Of a stretch of DNA of 20,000 nucleotides, positions 1-8,845 are shown piece by piece. The position numbers and the translations under genes are program-made. Where the stretch lies: IMG/VR virus record IMGVR_UViG_3300030103_005758; one strand, given 5' to 3'. The notes under the pieces were generated by a model. It worked only from the letters and a program-made list of their open reading frames with translations. It was not told the origin of the DNA and made no database searches. Source of the DNA: an uncultured virus (IMG/VR IMGVR_UViG_3300030103_005758). Lineage: Duplodnaviria; Heunggongvirae; Uroviricota; Caudoviricetes. Position 1 is the stretch's first letter; each line of letters starts with the position of its first letter.

Positions 1-2
1 AA

Positions 3-893
3 CCTAATGATGGAGGATTCCATCATATTGCACATGCTTCTAGTGCTTTTTATAATTCGGGTTTTAAAGAAGCTTTATGTTTAGTAGCAGATGGATTAGG
101 ATCTATTATTTTAAATAGTGGTACTGAAACTGAAACTCTTTTTAAATTTTCATATCCATCTTTTTTTGAAATACTACATAAAAAACTATATATGGACAAC
201 TTTCCTAAACATGTATCAGAATCTCTCCCAGATAATATGACAATAACAACAAAAGTAAACCTAAGTAGAGTTTATGAAACTGTAACAATGTGGTTAGGGT
301 TTAGTAGGAATGATGCTGGTAAAACTATGGGTTTATCTTCTTATGGAAAATATAATAAAAATATTCCTAATTTTTTAGATAAAGAAGGAGATGGAGACCC
401 CAATGTAATTATTGTTGACCGTGATAGAAAAGGAGAATATGAAATTGAAAAAGGATATCAGTGTACTTTTATAGATAAAGAAAAGAATCCTTATTTAAAA
501 AACCAAGATGCAACAAAATGGCACCATAATAAATCAAATATAACAGACTTAGAAAAAGACGTAGCTTGGAAAGTTCAAGATGAAACACAAAAAAGAATAG
601 GTGATATAATAGAAAAAGGAATTAAAGAAACAGGATTAAAACAAGTTTGTTGTAGTGGGGGTTATTTTTTAAATTGTGTTGCAAACTATTATCTTGTAAA
701 AAGATTTCCTGATATAGATTTTTATTTTGACCCAATAGCTAATGATGCTGGTACAGCTATGGGAATAGCTCAATTAGTTTATCATCACAAAACTAGAGAT
801 ACTACTATAAGACCTTTAAAATCTTTATATTTAGGTCCAAAATATCCAAAAGAAGAACTATTAAAAGAAATTAAAAAATATGTGGATAACTAA
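3..893 (+). CDS. Carbamoyltransferase (NodU/CmcH/TobZ family) N-terminal Kae1-like domain; 5'-truncated by window edge
   Basis: The frame is open from base 3, upstream of the ORF-track start at 192, and reads PNDGGFHHIAHASSAFYNSGF...LVADGLG. It then has GKTMGLSSYG, SGGYFLNCVAN, DAGTAMG and a terminal LYLGP, all typical carbamoyltransferase N-domain motifs. It stops at 893 with no C-terminal YrdC-like domain. Confidence 0.9.
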   Translation, partial: PNDGGFHHIAHASSAFYNSGFKEALCLVADGLGSIILNSGTETETLFKFSYPSFFEILHKKLYMDNFPKHVSESLPDNMTITTKVNLSRVYETVTMWLGFSRNDAGKTMGLSSYGKYNKNIPNFLDKEGDGDPNVIIVDRDRKGEYEIEKGYQCTFIDKEKNPYLKNQDATKWHHNKSNITDLEKDVAWKVQDETQKRIGDIIEKGIKETGLKQVCCSGGYFLNCVANYYLVKRFPDIDFYFDPIANDAGTAMGIAQLVYHHKTRDTTIRPLKSLYLGPKYPKEELLKEIKKYVDN

Positions 894-912
894 TTTAAAA
901 ATATTATATTAT
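882..912 (+). promoter_or_regulatory. Possible Bacteroidota-type sigma-A promoter (GTG-N20-TATATTAT)
   Basis: Same 20-nt spacing and TATATT core as the promoters at 10092 and 10639; lies just before the ATG at 917. Confidence 0.35.
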
Positions 913-916
913 CAAT

Positions 917-1420
917 ATGAAAAAATCAAACGTACCTTTTGTAAATGAAGTAGAAGATTTTAATAATTTAATGTCTAAACCAAATAATTATACACCTACT
1001 ATTCCTGAAAAAAAAGAATGGCAATTTGTATATGACTTTGTTTTAGAAGAATTAGAAGAATATAAAGAAGCATGTGAAAAGGGAGACATTGTAGAAATAT
1101 TAGATGCTTTATGTGATATAGCTTATGTATCTTTAGGAAATGGTACTATGCTTCATGGCCTAAAAGATAAAATATGGCCAGCTTATCAGGAAGTTCAGGC
1201 ATCAAATATGTCAAAGGCATGTAAAACTGTAAACGAAGCTATTGAAACTACTCTTAAAAGATCTGAGGAACAAGGGGAACCTTGTCATTGGGAACAAGTA
1301 GGCGATATGTATATTGTGTATAGAACACGTGATCGTAAAGTAATGAAATCACTTACTTACTTTAGACCCGATCTAAAACAATTCTTTACCGATGAAGAAA
1401 TTACTAACAGTACTAAGTAA
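917..1420 (+). CDS. All-alpha NTP pyrophosphohydrolase (MazG/PRA-PH-like)
   Basis: EELEEY...EILDALCDIAYV acidic metal-binding motif and EVQASNMSK, typical of this phage/bacterial family. Confidence 0.8.
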   Translation: MKKSNVPFVNEVEDFNNLMSKPNNYTPTIPEKKEWQFVYDFVLEELEEYKEACEKGDIVEILDALCDIAYVSLGNGTMLHGLKDKIWPAYQEVQASNMSKACKTVNEAIETTLKRSEEQGEPCHWEQVGDMYIVYRTRDRKVMKSLTYFRPDLKQFFTDEEITNSTK

Positions 1421-2702
1421 AGGAACCCTCCCCTTTATTATTGCATTCTCTGCCCTGTCAGTTAGTGCTTCAGCCGCTTTCTATTCAGTTAGCGGTTTAA
1501 GTAAACTATTTGCTGGGGCTTCATTTGAAGTAATTATTATGGCTGGTTCATTAGAAGTAGCTAAATTAGTTACTGCCTCATTATTATATCAATATTGGGA
1601 CAAGATAAATAAAATTCTTAGAACCTATTTAATTATAGCAACTATTATACTTGTATTAGTAACTAGTATGGGTATTTATGGTTTTTTAAGTGCTGCTTAT
1701 CAGGAGACATACCAAAAATTATCTATTAATGAAAATAGAATAGAATTTTTAGACCAAAAAAGAGAATTTTACCAACAAGATGTAACTAGATATGATGATG
1801 AGTTAGCAAGAATATCTGGAAATATCTCAACTCTATCTAATGCTAGAGCAACCTCAATCCAAGTTAGAGATACTACTTCATCTACAGGGGTTAGAAATAC
1901 TATTTCAACTGCCGAGCTAAGATTAGCTCAAAGTAGAATAGAAGTTGAAGAAAAAAATAGAAATGATGTTCAAGCTAGAAGAGAAATAGCAGCTGATAGT
2001 TTGCAAAAATATCAACTTGAAATATTAGACCTAGAAAATGATACCGAAATAACAGGTGAGTTAGGTCCATTACAATATCTATCAGGTTTAACTGGTACCC
2101 CAATGGATAAAATAATTAACTGGTTATTATTAGTAATTATTTTTGTATTTGACCCATTAGCTATATCTTTAGTAGTTGCTGCTAACTTTGCGTTTGCTCA
2201 GGCTTTTCCTAAAAAAGAAGAAGATTTAATTTTAGATTTACCTGATTTTGATCCTTTTCCTAGTGATTCGGAAGCAGAACTTTATCCCGAAGAAGAAGAA
2301 GAAAAAAAAGTAAATATAAATGATTGGGATATAGAAGAAGCAGAAAAAAGAATGGATATTATAGGTCAAAATGGTAATGAAGGATTACATTATGATGATA
2401 CGGAAATAAAAGAATATATTGCAACTGCAGAAGATAAAATTATGGCTGCTACTAAATCTATTATTGAAAAACAAAAAATAGAAGATAATAAATTAAAAGA
2501 TAAATTGGATGCTGCTAATAAAGAAATAAATGAATTAGATAGATCTAGTTTAAAAATAATTGATTCTATAAAACATATTAATGATTATTTAAAAATTCAT
2601 GCACCTTATTATGATAATCAAGGAATAGCTCTTGATAATATAAAACTTGGCTTTGCCGAAGAGGATGATTATATTGACGATGATAATAGTAAAATATATT
2701 AA
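1392..2702 (+). CDS. Membrane protein: about 3 N-terminal TM helices, long coiled coil, further TM segment and acidic C-terminal tail; function unknown
   Basis: Hydrophobic segments at about aa 14-34, 40-65, 78-100 and 241-270; heptad-like region at aa 105-215; D/E-rich tail. Confidence 0.7.
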   Translation: MKKLLTVLSKGTLPFIIAFSALSVSASAAFYSVSGLSKLFAGASFEVIIMAGSLEVAKLVTASLLYQYWDKINKILRTYLIIATIILVLVTSMGIYGFLSAAYQETYQKLSINENRIEFLDQKREFYQQDVTRYDDELARISGNISTLSNARATSIQVRDTTSSTGVRNTISTAELRLAQSRIEVEEKNRNDVQARREIAADSLQKYQLEILDLENDTEITGELGPLQYLSGLTGTPMDKIINWLLLVIIFVFDPLAISLVVAANFAFAQAFPKKEEDLILDLPDFDPFPSDSEAELYPEEEEEKKVNINDWDIEEAEKRMDIIGQNGNEGLHYDDTEIKEYIATAEDKIMAATKSIIEKQKIEDNKLKDKLDAANKEINELDRSSLKIIDSIKHINDYLKIHAPYYDNQGIALDNIKLGFAEEDDYIDDDNSKIY

Positions 2703-2704
2703 AA

Positions 2705-3295
2705 ATGATTGGTTTTCCTGAGTTTCAATTTACAAAACCTACATATATTCATCAAGAAGAAAATTTTTTTACTGGTGAAGAAGTAGATAAAATATTAAAT
2801 GATTTAAAAGATGTATCTTATGAAAGGGGTGCAACAGGTGATTTTAATTCAAATAAAGATTCTTTATCACTTCAGATACGAAAAAGTAATATAAAGTGGA
2901 TTCCACATGAAGAAAAATTTCATTGGTTATATGATAAACTATCAGCCCAAATTCATTTAATAAATTCTTTTACTTGGAAATTTAATCTTAATAATAGTTT
3001 TGAACACATTCAATACACTGAATATGATTCAAAAGAAAAAGGACAATATAATTGGCATGTAGATGTAGGAGAAGGAATGTCTTGTTTTAGAAAAATTTCA
3101 ATTTCAATTCAACTTTCAAATGCTAGTGAATATGATGGGGGAGAATTTAGAATTTTTAACCAAAAAGGTCCAAGTCCTAAATCTAGAGGAACTGCAATTA
3201 TTTTTCCTTCTTTTATTCCCCATAAAGTTACACCCGTAACTAGAGGAAATAGGAAATCTTTAGTATTGTGGGTTGGTGGTAGTCCTTATAAATAA
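2705..3295 (+). CDS. 2OG-Fe(II) oxygenase (prolyl-4-hydroxylase/PKHD-like)
   Basis: YNWHVD (HxD), RKISISIQLS, YDGGEF, FPSFIPHKVTPVTRGNRKSLVLW (distal His and Arg). Confidence 0.9.
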   Translation: MIGFPEFQFTKPTYIHQEENFFTGEEVDKILNDLKDVSYERGATGDFNSNKDSLSLQIRKSNIKWIPHEEKFHWLYDKLSAQIHLINSFTWKFNLNNSFEHIQYTEYDSKEKGQYNWHVDVGEGMSCFRKISISIQLSNASEYDGGEFRIFNQKGPSPKSRGTAIIFPSFIPHKVTPVTRGNRKSLVLWVGGSPYK

Positions 3296-3298
3296 TTT

Positions 3299-5035
3299 AT
3301 GTATAAAAAAATATACGAGCAAGGTAGAGGAGAAAATAAACATTTAATACATCTTTGGACAGACGAGGGTTACGAAAAGATTGAATGGAACAACTATGCT
3401 TATAAAGAATGTTCGCCTAATGATGCAGAATTTAAAGGTTTGAAAGGTGAACCACTTCGTAAAACACACACTTGGGATAGAAAAACCCCTAAACTCCACT
3501 TTAGTGATATCTCAGCTCACCAAAAATTCCTTATAGAAAAATATGGTATTGACGATGAACCTTCTACTTCACATAAGGAGGTTTTTTTTGATATCGAGTG
3601 TGAGATGGGAGGAGCATTGACAGAAGAATATATTTCTAATGCACCTAAGCCAATTACTTCTATTGCTTGGTATGATAAACAAGCAGATTGGTGGTCAATC
3701 GTTATTTTAGATAAAAAAGGTCAATTAAAACATACTAAAACTAAAAATAAAGAAATTATACCTTTACCACATGAGGCAGATCTATTAGATACATTTTTAA
3801 ATAAAATGGAAGAAATTCAACCAGATATGTTAATTGGGTATAATAGTGACTATTTTGATATTCCTTATTTATACTATAGAATGTGTAATGTGTTGGGAGA
3901 AACAGATGCAAAAAGATTATCCCCTATAGGAATAGTTAAATACAAAAAGAATAATCAATATTGGTATAAAAAAGACCAATTTGTAGATATAGCAGGTGTT
4001 GAATCTCTTGATTATATGAGATTACATAAAAAATATAGTTGGGAGGATGAACCAAGTTGGAAGTTAGATTCTATTGGAGAAAAATATGCTGGTATAAATA
4101 AAATTGAATATGATGGTTCTTTAGATAGATTATTTGAAGAGGATATACATAAATTTATTCAATATAACTTTGTTGATGTTGAAATATTAGTTGAATTAGA
4201 TAAAAAATTACAATATATAGCTTTAACAAAAAATTTAGCCCATAAAGGTAAAGTAAAATATAGTGAAGTGTATGCTTCATCTAAAATCCATGATGGTGCT
4301 ATCTCAGCTTACCTATTATCTCAGGGAATAATACCCCCAGGACGCCCTAAGGGGGAAAGTAAATTAAATTATGCTGGTGGTTACTTATTTTGCCCTAAAG
4401 CAGGGTTATACAAATATATGTTTGATGAAGATTTAACATCACTATATCCTTCTATTATAATGACTTTAAATATAGGTAGAGAAACTATTACAGATACATT
4501 ACCCGAAAAATTAGAAGATTTTGGTCCTTATGGTGGTAAATCTGATCGAAATAACTATCTAGGTTTAGGTGATTTAAAAGAAATGGATCCAGATGATGAA
4601 ATTAGAGTTATGGATCCTAATGAAAATATTCAAAACACAACTGTAGGTAAAGTAATTGAAGTAATAGAAAAGAATAATTTTTCAATAGCGGCAAATGGAA
4701 CCTTTTTTAGAACTGATAAACAATCAGTATTATCTACTATTTTAAATAAATGGTTTGATGAAAGGGTCATTTATAAAAATAGAATGAAGCACTGTTACCA
4801 AAAGGGTGATAATGAAGGTGGTGCTAAAAATCATTTACTACAATATACAATGAAAATTTTACTGAATTCTTTATATGGAGCTACTGCCTTACCATCATTT
4901 AGATATGGTTTACCAAAATCTATACTAAGTGAAGCAATTACATTATCAGGGTGGAGAATCATACAAGAATCTGCATTAGTTGCTAATACACATATGAATA
5001 AAGTTTTAAGGAATGAAATAAAGTTAGCATTATAA
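3299..5035 (+). CDS. DNA polymerase family B, N-terminal part (3'-5' exonuclease, palm motif A, fingers motif B)
   Basis: ExoI FFDIECE, ExoII GYNSDYFDIPY, ExoIII YNFVDV, motif A DLTSLYPSII, motif B KILLNSLYG, then EAITLSG. Stops before motif C. Confidence 0.95.
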   Translation: MYKKIYEQGRGENKHLIHLWTDEGYEKIEWNNYAYKECSPNDAEFKGLKGEPLRKTHTWDRKTPKLHFSDISAHQKFLIEKYGIDDEPSTSHKEVFFDIECEMGGALTEEYISNAPKPITSIAWYDKQADWWSIVILDKKGQLKHTKTKNKEIIPLPHEADLLDTFLNKMEEIQPDMLIGYNSDYFDIPYLYYRMCNVLGETDAKRLSPIGIVKYKKNNQYWYKKDQFVDIAGVESLDYMRLHKKYSWEDEPSWKLDSIGEKYAGINKIEYDGSLDRLFEEDIHKFIQYNFVDVEILVELDKKLQYIALTKNLAHKGKVKYSEVYASSKIHDGAISAYLLSQGIIPPGRPKGESKLNYAGGYLFCPKAGLYKYMFDEDLTSLYPSIIMTLNIGRETITDTLPEKLEDFGPYGGKSDRNNYLGLGDLKEMDPDDEIRVMDPNENIQNTTVGKVIEVIEKNNFSIAANGTFFRTDKQSVLSTILNKWFDERVIYKNRMKHCYQKGDNEGGAKNHLLQYTMKILLNSLYGATALPSFRYGLPKSILSEAITLSGWRIIQESALVANTHMNKVLRNEIKLAL

Positions 5036-5063
5036 TATTTACAATCACAATAATTTTAAAAAT

Positions 5064-6593
5064 ATGAATATATCAATTATAGGAGGAGGTACAGCAGGTT
5101 GGTTATCTGCTCTTCATCTAAATAAAATAAATCCAACAGCTGATATTTCTTTAATTGAATCTAAAGATATAGGAATAGTAGGAGTTGGTGAAGGAGCAGT
5201 TCCTCTTTTTGGGGATATGTTATTAGATCTTAATATAGACATTATTGATTTTGTTAATAGTGTTGACGGTACTTTTAAATTAGGGATTTCTTTTGAAGGT
5301 TGGAAAAATTTAGATCATAAATTTTTATATGGGTTTCCTAATTTTAATAGTAATGATGTAGCTAATTTTGAAAAAACTAAATTTGGTTCACAGAAATATG
5401 ATATATATCCTATTTTTGCAAATATGATAGCTAATTCTCAAGATTGTAATATAATGCAAAATTCAATTTTAAGTTACTTAAATAAAGTTCCTTTTACTTT
5501 TGATGAAGAATCTAAAAATGGTATCACCCAAGATGGAATTTCTCACGTATCTTTCCATTTTGATGCCTACAAAGCAGCTCAGTATTTTAGAAAAATTTCA
5601 GAATCTAGAGGTATAAAAAGAATTGAAGGAAAAGTTATTGATTTTAAATCTTCTAAAGACCAAAATATAAAAAGTATTATTACTGAAGATAAAAAAGAAC
5701 ATAAATGTGATTTTGTTTTTGATTGTACAGGGTTTGCTAAATTAATTATAGGTAAGCACTTTAAATCAAAATGGACTAGCTATAAAAGCCACTTAACTAC
5801 TAATGAAGTTATAAGTTTTAGATTAAAGTATAAAGAAAATGAAGAAGTATTTCCTTATACTAAGTCGATTACAATGAAAAATGGTTGGATGTGGCAGATT
5901 CCATTACAAAGTAGAATTGGGGCTGGGTATGTTTATGATAATAGATACATTACTGAATCTCAAGCTAAAGAAGAAGTTGAAGAATTTTTAGGTGAAGAGA
6001 TAGAAATATTAAAAAAAATTAATTTTGAACCTGGAATTTTTGAAGAGGGATGGATTAAAAATTGTGTATCAATAGGTCTTTCTAGTGCCTTTGTAGAACC
6101 TTTAGAATCTACTTCTATAATGTTTACTATTTTGCAATTAAGATTTTTTAAAAGTAAAGATTTATTAGAACCAAATGAATTACTTCAAAAAAGATATAAT
6201 AAATATCAAACAAAATCATTTAAATCAATAATTGATTTAATTCAATTACATTATTTGTGTGATAGAAATGATACTAAATTTTGGAAAGATAGAAAAAAAT
6301 TACCTATAACAACTCCTTTACAAAAACGTTTAAATGATTTTAAAAAATATCCTCTATCAGATTCAACATTTTTTGATGGTGTATGGGGGGCTTTAGGGTT
6401 TTTTGTAGTAGGATATGAAAGTAGTGTTAAAAATTTTCCTAAAAAACTCTACCAATTTTATAATAAAAAGCATAATTTTGATGGATTATTAAAAAATTGG
6501 ATTAAAGATTATAAACAATATTTTGATAATAAACTACCTAAATACTTTAAACATAAAGATTTATTAGATTATTTTAAAACAATAAAACCATGA
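5064..6593 (+). CDS. Flavin-dependent (tryptophan) halogenase-like protein
   Basis: GGGTAGW FAD-binding motif, GVGEG, GTFKLGI (position of the catalytic Lys in PrnA), DCTGF, GWMWQIP (WxWxIP) and FVEPLEST. Confidence 0.88.
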   Translation: MNISIIGGGTAGWLSALHLNKINPTADISLIESKDIGIVGVGEGAVPLFGDMLLDLNIDIIDFVNSVDGTFKLGISFEGWKNLDHKFLYGFPNFNSNDVANFEKTKFGSQKYDIYPIFANMIANSQDCNIMQNSILSYLNKVPFTFDEESKNGITQDGISHVSFHFDAYKAAQYFRKISESRGIKRIEGKVIDFKSSKDQNIKSIITEDKKEHKCDFVFDCTGFAKLIIGKHFKSKWTSYKSHLTTNEVISFRLKYKENEEVFPYTKSITMKNGWMWQIPLQSRIGAGYVYDNRYITESQAKEEVEEFLGEEIEILKKINFEPGIFEEGWIKNCVSIGLSSAFVEPLESTSIMFTILQLRFFKSKDLLEPNELLQKRYNKYQTKSFKSIIDLIQLHYLCDRNDTKFWKDRKKLPITTPLQKRLNDFKKYPLSDSTFFDGVWGALGFFVVGYESSVKNFPKKLYQFYNKKHNFDGLLKNWIKDYKQYFDNKLPKYFKHKDLLDYFKTIKP

Positions 6594-6937
6594 AATACGA
6601 AGCAGAAAGTAGACCTTGGGGAATGTATGAAGTTTTATTAGATTCAGATGAATGTAAAGTAAAAAGAATTACAGTTGCTCCAGATTCAAAACTATCATAT
6701 CAATATCACCATAAAAGACAAGAACAATGGACGGTAATTAAAGGAAATTTAACTATCATTTTAGATGATGAAAAAGTTTTTAGATCACCTGGAGAATCAA
6801 TAAAAATTCCATTAGGAGCTAGACATAGAGCTTGGAATGAAACAGATGAATTAGTACAATTTATAGAAGTTCAAACCGGAACCTATTTTGGTGAGGATGA
6901 TATAGTAAGAATAGAAGACGATTATAATAGAAAATAA
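6590..6937 (+). CDS. Cupin, mannose-6-phosphate isomerase type II C-terminal-like (ManC C-domain)
   Basis: RPWGMY, KVKRITV, LSYQYHHKRQEQW, EVQTGTYFGEDDIVRIEDDY. Confidence 0.9.
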   Translation: MKYEAESRPWGMYEVLLDSDECKVKRITVAPDSKLSYQYHHKRQEQWTVIKGNLTIILDDEKVFRSPGESIKIPLGARHRAWNETDELVQFIEVQTGTYFGEDDIVRIEDDYNRK

Positions 6938-6939
6938 AT

Positions 6940-7203
6940 ATGGCATTAAAAAAACAATCAATAAGACAAGGAGTTTATGTTTTAATAGATGGAGTTAACG
7001 CTTCTAAAGAAGAACTTATTACATTAAGCGAAACATGGACCGAAAAAAAAGAAGTATTTTTTAGAAAAATGCTTCAACAAGGAGGTAATTTTAGAATGGA
7101 TGGAAAAGATTTTATAGTTAAAATTAGAGAAAATCTTCAACTTAGATCAGATGGAACTAAAGATGGGGGAGTAGTTACAATCCCAGGAGGAAGAAGTTTT
7201 TAA
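6940..7203 (+). CDS. Hypothetical 87-aa protein, translationally coupled (TAATG) to the PolB C-terminal gene
   Basis: The ORF fills the gap exactly and its stop overlaps the next start; no motif recognised. Confidence 0.7.
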   Translation: MALKKQSIRQGVYVLIDGVNASKEELITLSETWTEKKEVFFRKMLQQGGNFRMDGKDFIVKIRENLQLRSDGTKDGGVVTIPGGRSF

Positions 7204-8126
7204 TGAAACACTTAGAGAACACCCCTTGGTATATTTGTAATGAAAATGATGAGAATCTATGTGCTTATGTAGATACTGATTCAAATTATTTTAATGCAGA
7301 ACCATTACTTAATCATTTGTATCCTAACTTTGAAGAATTATCTGATGAAGAAAAAGATTTAAAATTAGAACAAATTGCTTTAAAATACCAGGATATCATT
7401 ACTGATCATTATAATTTATTAGCTAAAGAATGTTTTAATGTTGATAAACATAGATTAGAAATGAAAACCGAGTGTGTTATTCGTTCAGCTTATTTTAGAG
7501 CCAATAGACGTTATGCCCAATGGATTACAAAACAAGAAGGTATAACTAAAGAAACATTAGATGTTAAGGGTTTAGAATATAAAAAATCTAATTTTCCAAA
7601 ATTATTTGGTACATTTTTTAAAAATATATTAGAAGATGTTTTAAAGGGTACTGAGCAGGATGAAATTGATACCCGTATTTTAAATTTTAAGAAAAAGATA
7701 TTAACAGAAATACCTATTGAACAATTAGGTAATCCAACAGGTGTAAAAACATTAAATAAATACACCGAACGTAAACCAGTTGGGGGAGAGGCATTTACTG
7801 TTATAAAAAAAGGTGCACCCGCTGCTGTTAGAGCAACAATTAAGTATAATGATTTACTTAGATATTGGAAATTAGATAGTAAACATTCACCAATTGTTCA
7901 AGGTGATAAAGTTAAATGGATCTATTTAAAGAAAAATCCATACAATATTGAGGCATTAGCTTATCTTGATTTTGATATGCCTGATAAAATTAAAGAATTT
8001 TTAGATAAATTCGCAGACAAAGAAAAAGTTTTTGATACTATATTATTAAATAAATTAGAAGGATTTTATGATGATTTAGGTTGGAGCTTAAATACAAACC
8101 CTTATGTAAACCAATTTTTTATATGA
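7203..8126 (+). CDS. DNA polymerase family B, C-terminal part (motif C, palm and thumb)
   Basis: YVDTDSNYF (motif C), RRYA, DVKGLEYKKS, GDKVKWIYLK: the remaining PolB motifs. Confidence 0.95.
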   Translation: MKHLENTPWYICNENDENLCAYVDTDSNYFNAEPLLNHLYPNFEELSDEEKDLKLEQIALKYQDIITDHYNLLAKECFNVDKHRLEMKTECVIRSAYFRANRRYAQWITKQEGITKETLDVKGLEYKKSNFPKLFGTFFKNILEDVLKGTEQDEIDTRILNFKKKILTEIPIEQLGNPTGVKTLNKYTERKPVGGEAFTVIKKGAPAAVRATIKYNDLLRYWKLDSKHSPIVQGDKVKWIYLKKNPYNIEALAYLDFDMPDKIKEFLDKFADKEKVFDTILLNKLEGFYDDLGWSLNTNPYVNQFFI

Positions 8127-8845
8127 TTTATATTTTTGATATAGATGGGACACTAACCCCCAGTAGAAACAAAATGGATAAAAATTTCCATGATTTTTTT
8201 ATGGACTTTGTTAAGATCCATAGAGTATGGCTAATCTCAGGTAGTGACCATACTAAAACAATAGAACAAATAGGTGTTGACTTATGGACAAATGTAGAAA
8301 AAGCTTATCAATGTTCTGGTAATCAACTTTTTCAAAGAGGTTCTTTAATTAGAACTAGTGATTGGGAATTACCTATAGCAACTAAATGGTGTTTAGAAAA
8401 ATTCTTAGAACAGTCTAAATACCCACATAGATATGGAAACCATATCGAAACTAGACCAGGTATGGTTAATTTCTCCATTGTGGGAAGACAATGTACTCAA
8501 GAACAAAGAGAAGAATACTTTAAATGGGATAATGAACATAAAGAAAGAGTTGAATTTACTAAAGAATTAAAAGAAAGATATCTTGGTTTAGATGCTGTAG
8601 TAGGTGGTGAAATTAGTATTGACATTTATCCAAGAGGTAAAGATAAAGGACAAATCGTAGAAGAATTAGATGATAATTTTATGTTTTTTGGAGATAAATT
8701 ATCACTAGGTGGCAATGATTATCCTATTAAACATGCTTCACAACTTAAACAACTAGAAGGAAATGAATTTTTCCATGTTAGAGGTTGGAAAGACACAAGA
8801 AATATATTAACTTCCATAATACAAACAAACGCAGGAGTAGTATGA
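8123..8845 (+). CDS. HAD-IIB phosphomannomutase, eukaryotic PMM/Sec53-like
   Basis: FDIDGTLTPSR, SGSD, IETRPGMVNFSIVGR, GGEISIDIYPRGKDK, FFGDKLSLGGNDYPI match PMM motifs. Start moved to the ATG at 8123 (ATGA overlap with the PolB stop). Confidence 0.85.
   Translation: MIYIFDIDGTLTPSRNKMDKNFHDFFMDFVKIHRVWLISGSDHTKTIEQIGVDLWTNVEKAYQCSGNQLFQRGSLIRTSDWELPIATKWCLEKFLEQSKYPHRYGNHIETRPGMVNFSIVGRQCTQEQREEYFKWDNEHKERVEFTKELKERYLGLDAVVGGEISIDIYPRGKDKGQIVEELDDNFMFFGDKLSLGGNDYPIKHASQLKQLEGNEFFHVRGWKDTRNILTSIIQTNAGVV

Noticed and set aside
881..889. Perfect DnaA box (TGTGGATAA) at the end of the first gene
   Set aside because: Single copy inside coding sequence with no cluster of boxes; insufficient for an origin, and it overlaps a possible promoter -33 element.
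5000..7260. Split intein or group I/II intron as the explanation for the interrupted polB
   Set aside because: No intein terminal residues in either tail, no homing endonuclease or reverse transcriptase, and no non-coding space for a ribozyme core; the gap is filled by three ORFs.
8081..8841. ORF-track starts at 8081 and 8785 (alternative codons)
   Set aside because: They create long overlaps; the ATGA-coupled starts at 8123 and 8842 fit the domain boundaries better.
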